Source: Candidatus Hermodarchaeota archaeon
GTDB taxonomy: Archaea > Asgardarchaeota > Heimdallarchaeia > Hodarchaeales > Hodarchaeaceae
NCBI GenBank assembly: GCA_048886185.1
Contig: JBHLKY010000034.1
Location: 1-27,921 of the forward strand
Length of the DNA: 27,921 nucleotides
Direction: 5' to 3'
In this document: positions 27,205 to 27,921 of the stretch, in pieces
Position numbering within the stretch: the first letter of the stretch is position 1
Layout of the letters: every line of letters begins with the position of its first letter
The notes under the pieces: generated by a model
What the model was told of the DNA's origin: nothing
The model's database searches: none
What the model saw: the letters and a program-made list of their open reading frames with translations, nothing else
Position numbers and translations under genes: made by a program

Positions 27205-27238
27205 AAAAAAAATAAAAAGAGAGGTCCAGAGGAGGAGA
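27205..27238 (-). terminator. Pyrimidine/oligo-T terminator candidate after etfA
   Basis: Minus strand reads GTCTCCTCCTCTGGACCTCTCTTTTTATTTTTTTT right after the stop. Confidence 0.45.
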
Positions 27239-27239
27239 C

Positions 27240-27921
27240 TTAAATCTTCTTTATTAGCTCAGGAAGTACCTCATGCAAGTCAGCGATAACAGCATAATGG
27301 GCAACATCAAGAATCGGGGCTTCTTCATCGGTATTGATAGCAATTATTGTTTTAGAGTTCCTCATACCAACCAAATGTTGGATAGCACCAGAGATGCCAC
27401 ATCCTATGTAGAAATCTGGGGTTATGGTTTTTCCAGTTTGACCTACTTCATGATCATAGGGAACCCAATCCGCATCAACAGCCGCACGACTTGCCCCGAC
27501 CTCACCACCCAATGCCTTAGCTGTATCAAAGATGATAGCGTACTTTTCTTTACCACCCACTCCACGACCACCTGCAACGATCAGCTTAGCTTTTGTAATG
27601 TCCACAGAGACCTTAGCAATCTTCTCTTCGACAAAAACTTCGCGTTTATCACTATCATTAATAGCGGGAGCGAAATCAGTAACTTCCCCAGAGAAAGAGT
27701 CATCTGGTTCAACCTCGGGATTATTTCCGCCTAAAATAGTTAAAAAATTTAATTGATTTTGAGGAGCTGACATGGTGCCAAGGAGTTTCTCTTCAAAGAG
27801 GGGATGAATCCCGAGAAGAGTGTTCCCCTCTACGGTCATGTTGGTGACGGAGGCAAACAACGCGGAATGGAAGCGGGCAGCCAAGCGGGGGATGATTTCC
27901 TGACCATATAGACTTGCTCCA
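27240..27921 (-). CDS. etfA: Electron transfer flavoprotein subunit alpha, 5'-truncated by the window end
   Basis: The frame stays open to the window edge (GASLYGQEIIPRLAARF...). AKLIVAGGRG; GASRAAVD; VGQTGK; GISGAIQHLVGM; AINTDEEAPI. Confidence 0.95.
   Translation of the reverse strand, partial: GASLYGQEIIPRLAARFHSALFASVTNMTVEGNTLLGIHPLFEEKLLGTMSAPQNQLNFLTILGGNNPEVEPDDSFSGEVTDFAPAINDSDKREVFVEEKIAKVSVDITKAKLIVAGGRGVGGKEKYAIIFDTAKALGGEVGASRAAVDADWVPYDHEVGQTGKTITPDFYIGCGISGAIQHLVGMRNSKTIIAINTDEEAPILDVAHYAVIADLHEVLPELIKKI

Noticed and set aside
27273-27756. Plus-strand ORFs 27273..27734 (153 aa) and 27532..27756
   Set aside because: Antisense to etfA. Longer shadow ORFs are expected where GC is higher.

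Overview
AT-rich archaeal window, inferred to be from an Asgard archaeon (possibly Heimdallarchaeia). The taxonomy rests on A/V-type ATPase I/C/K genes, GGTGA/GGAGG ribosome-binding sites, oligo-T terminators and TPR proteins with a longin-like C-terminus; it was not checked by any search. Gene order: 3' part of a membrane-anchored beta-helix (NosD-like) protein; two tandem paralogous TPR/longin-like proteins; 2-oxoacid:ferredoxin oxidoreductase alpha and beta plus an atypical peptide deformylase; an unknown 461-aa protein; a MoaD-like protein, a three-subunit xanthine-dehydrogenase-family Mo-hydroxylase, a DUF89 phosphatase and a small 2-TM protein; an A/V-ATPase operon with only membrane-sector genes (I-C-K); divergently, a [NiFe]-hydrogenase large-subunit/NuoD homologue lacking all its cysteine ligands and a membrane-anchored one-cluster ferredoxin; then ppsA, eno, a DAG-kinase-family gene and the 3' part of etfA. 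No rRNA, tRNA, CRISPR array or mobile element was seen. The best candidate for a new system is the ligand-less hydrogenase homologue plus ferredoxin, set head-to-head with the I-C-K operon. All family calls are by eye from motifs.
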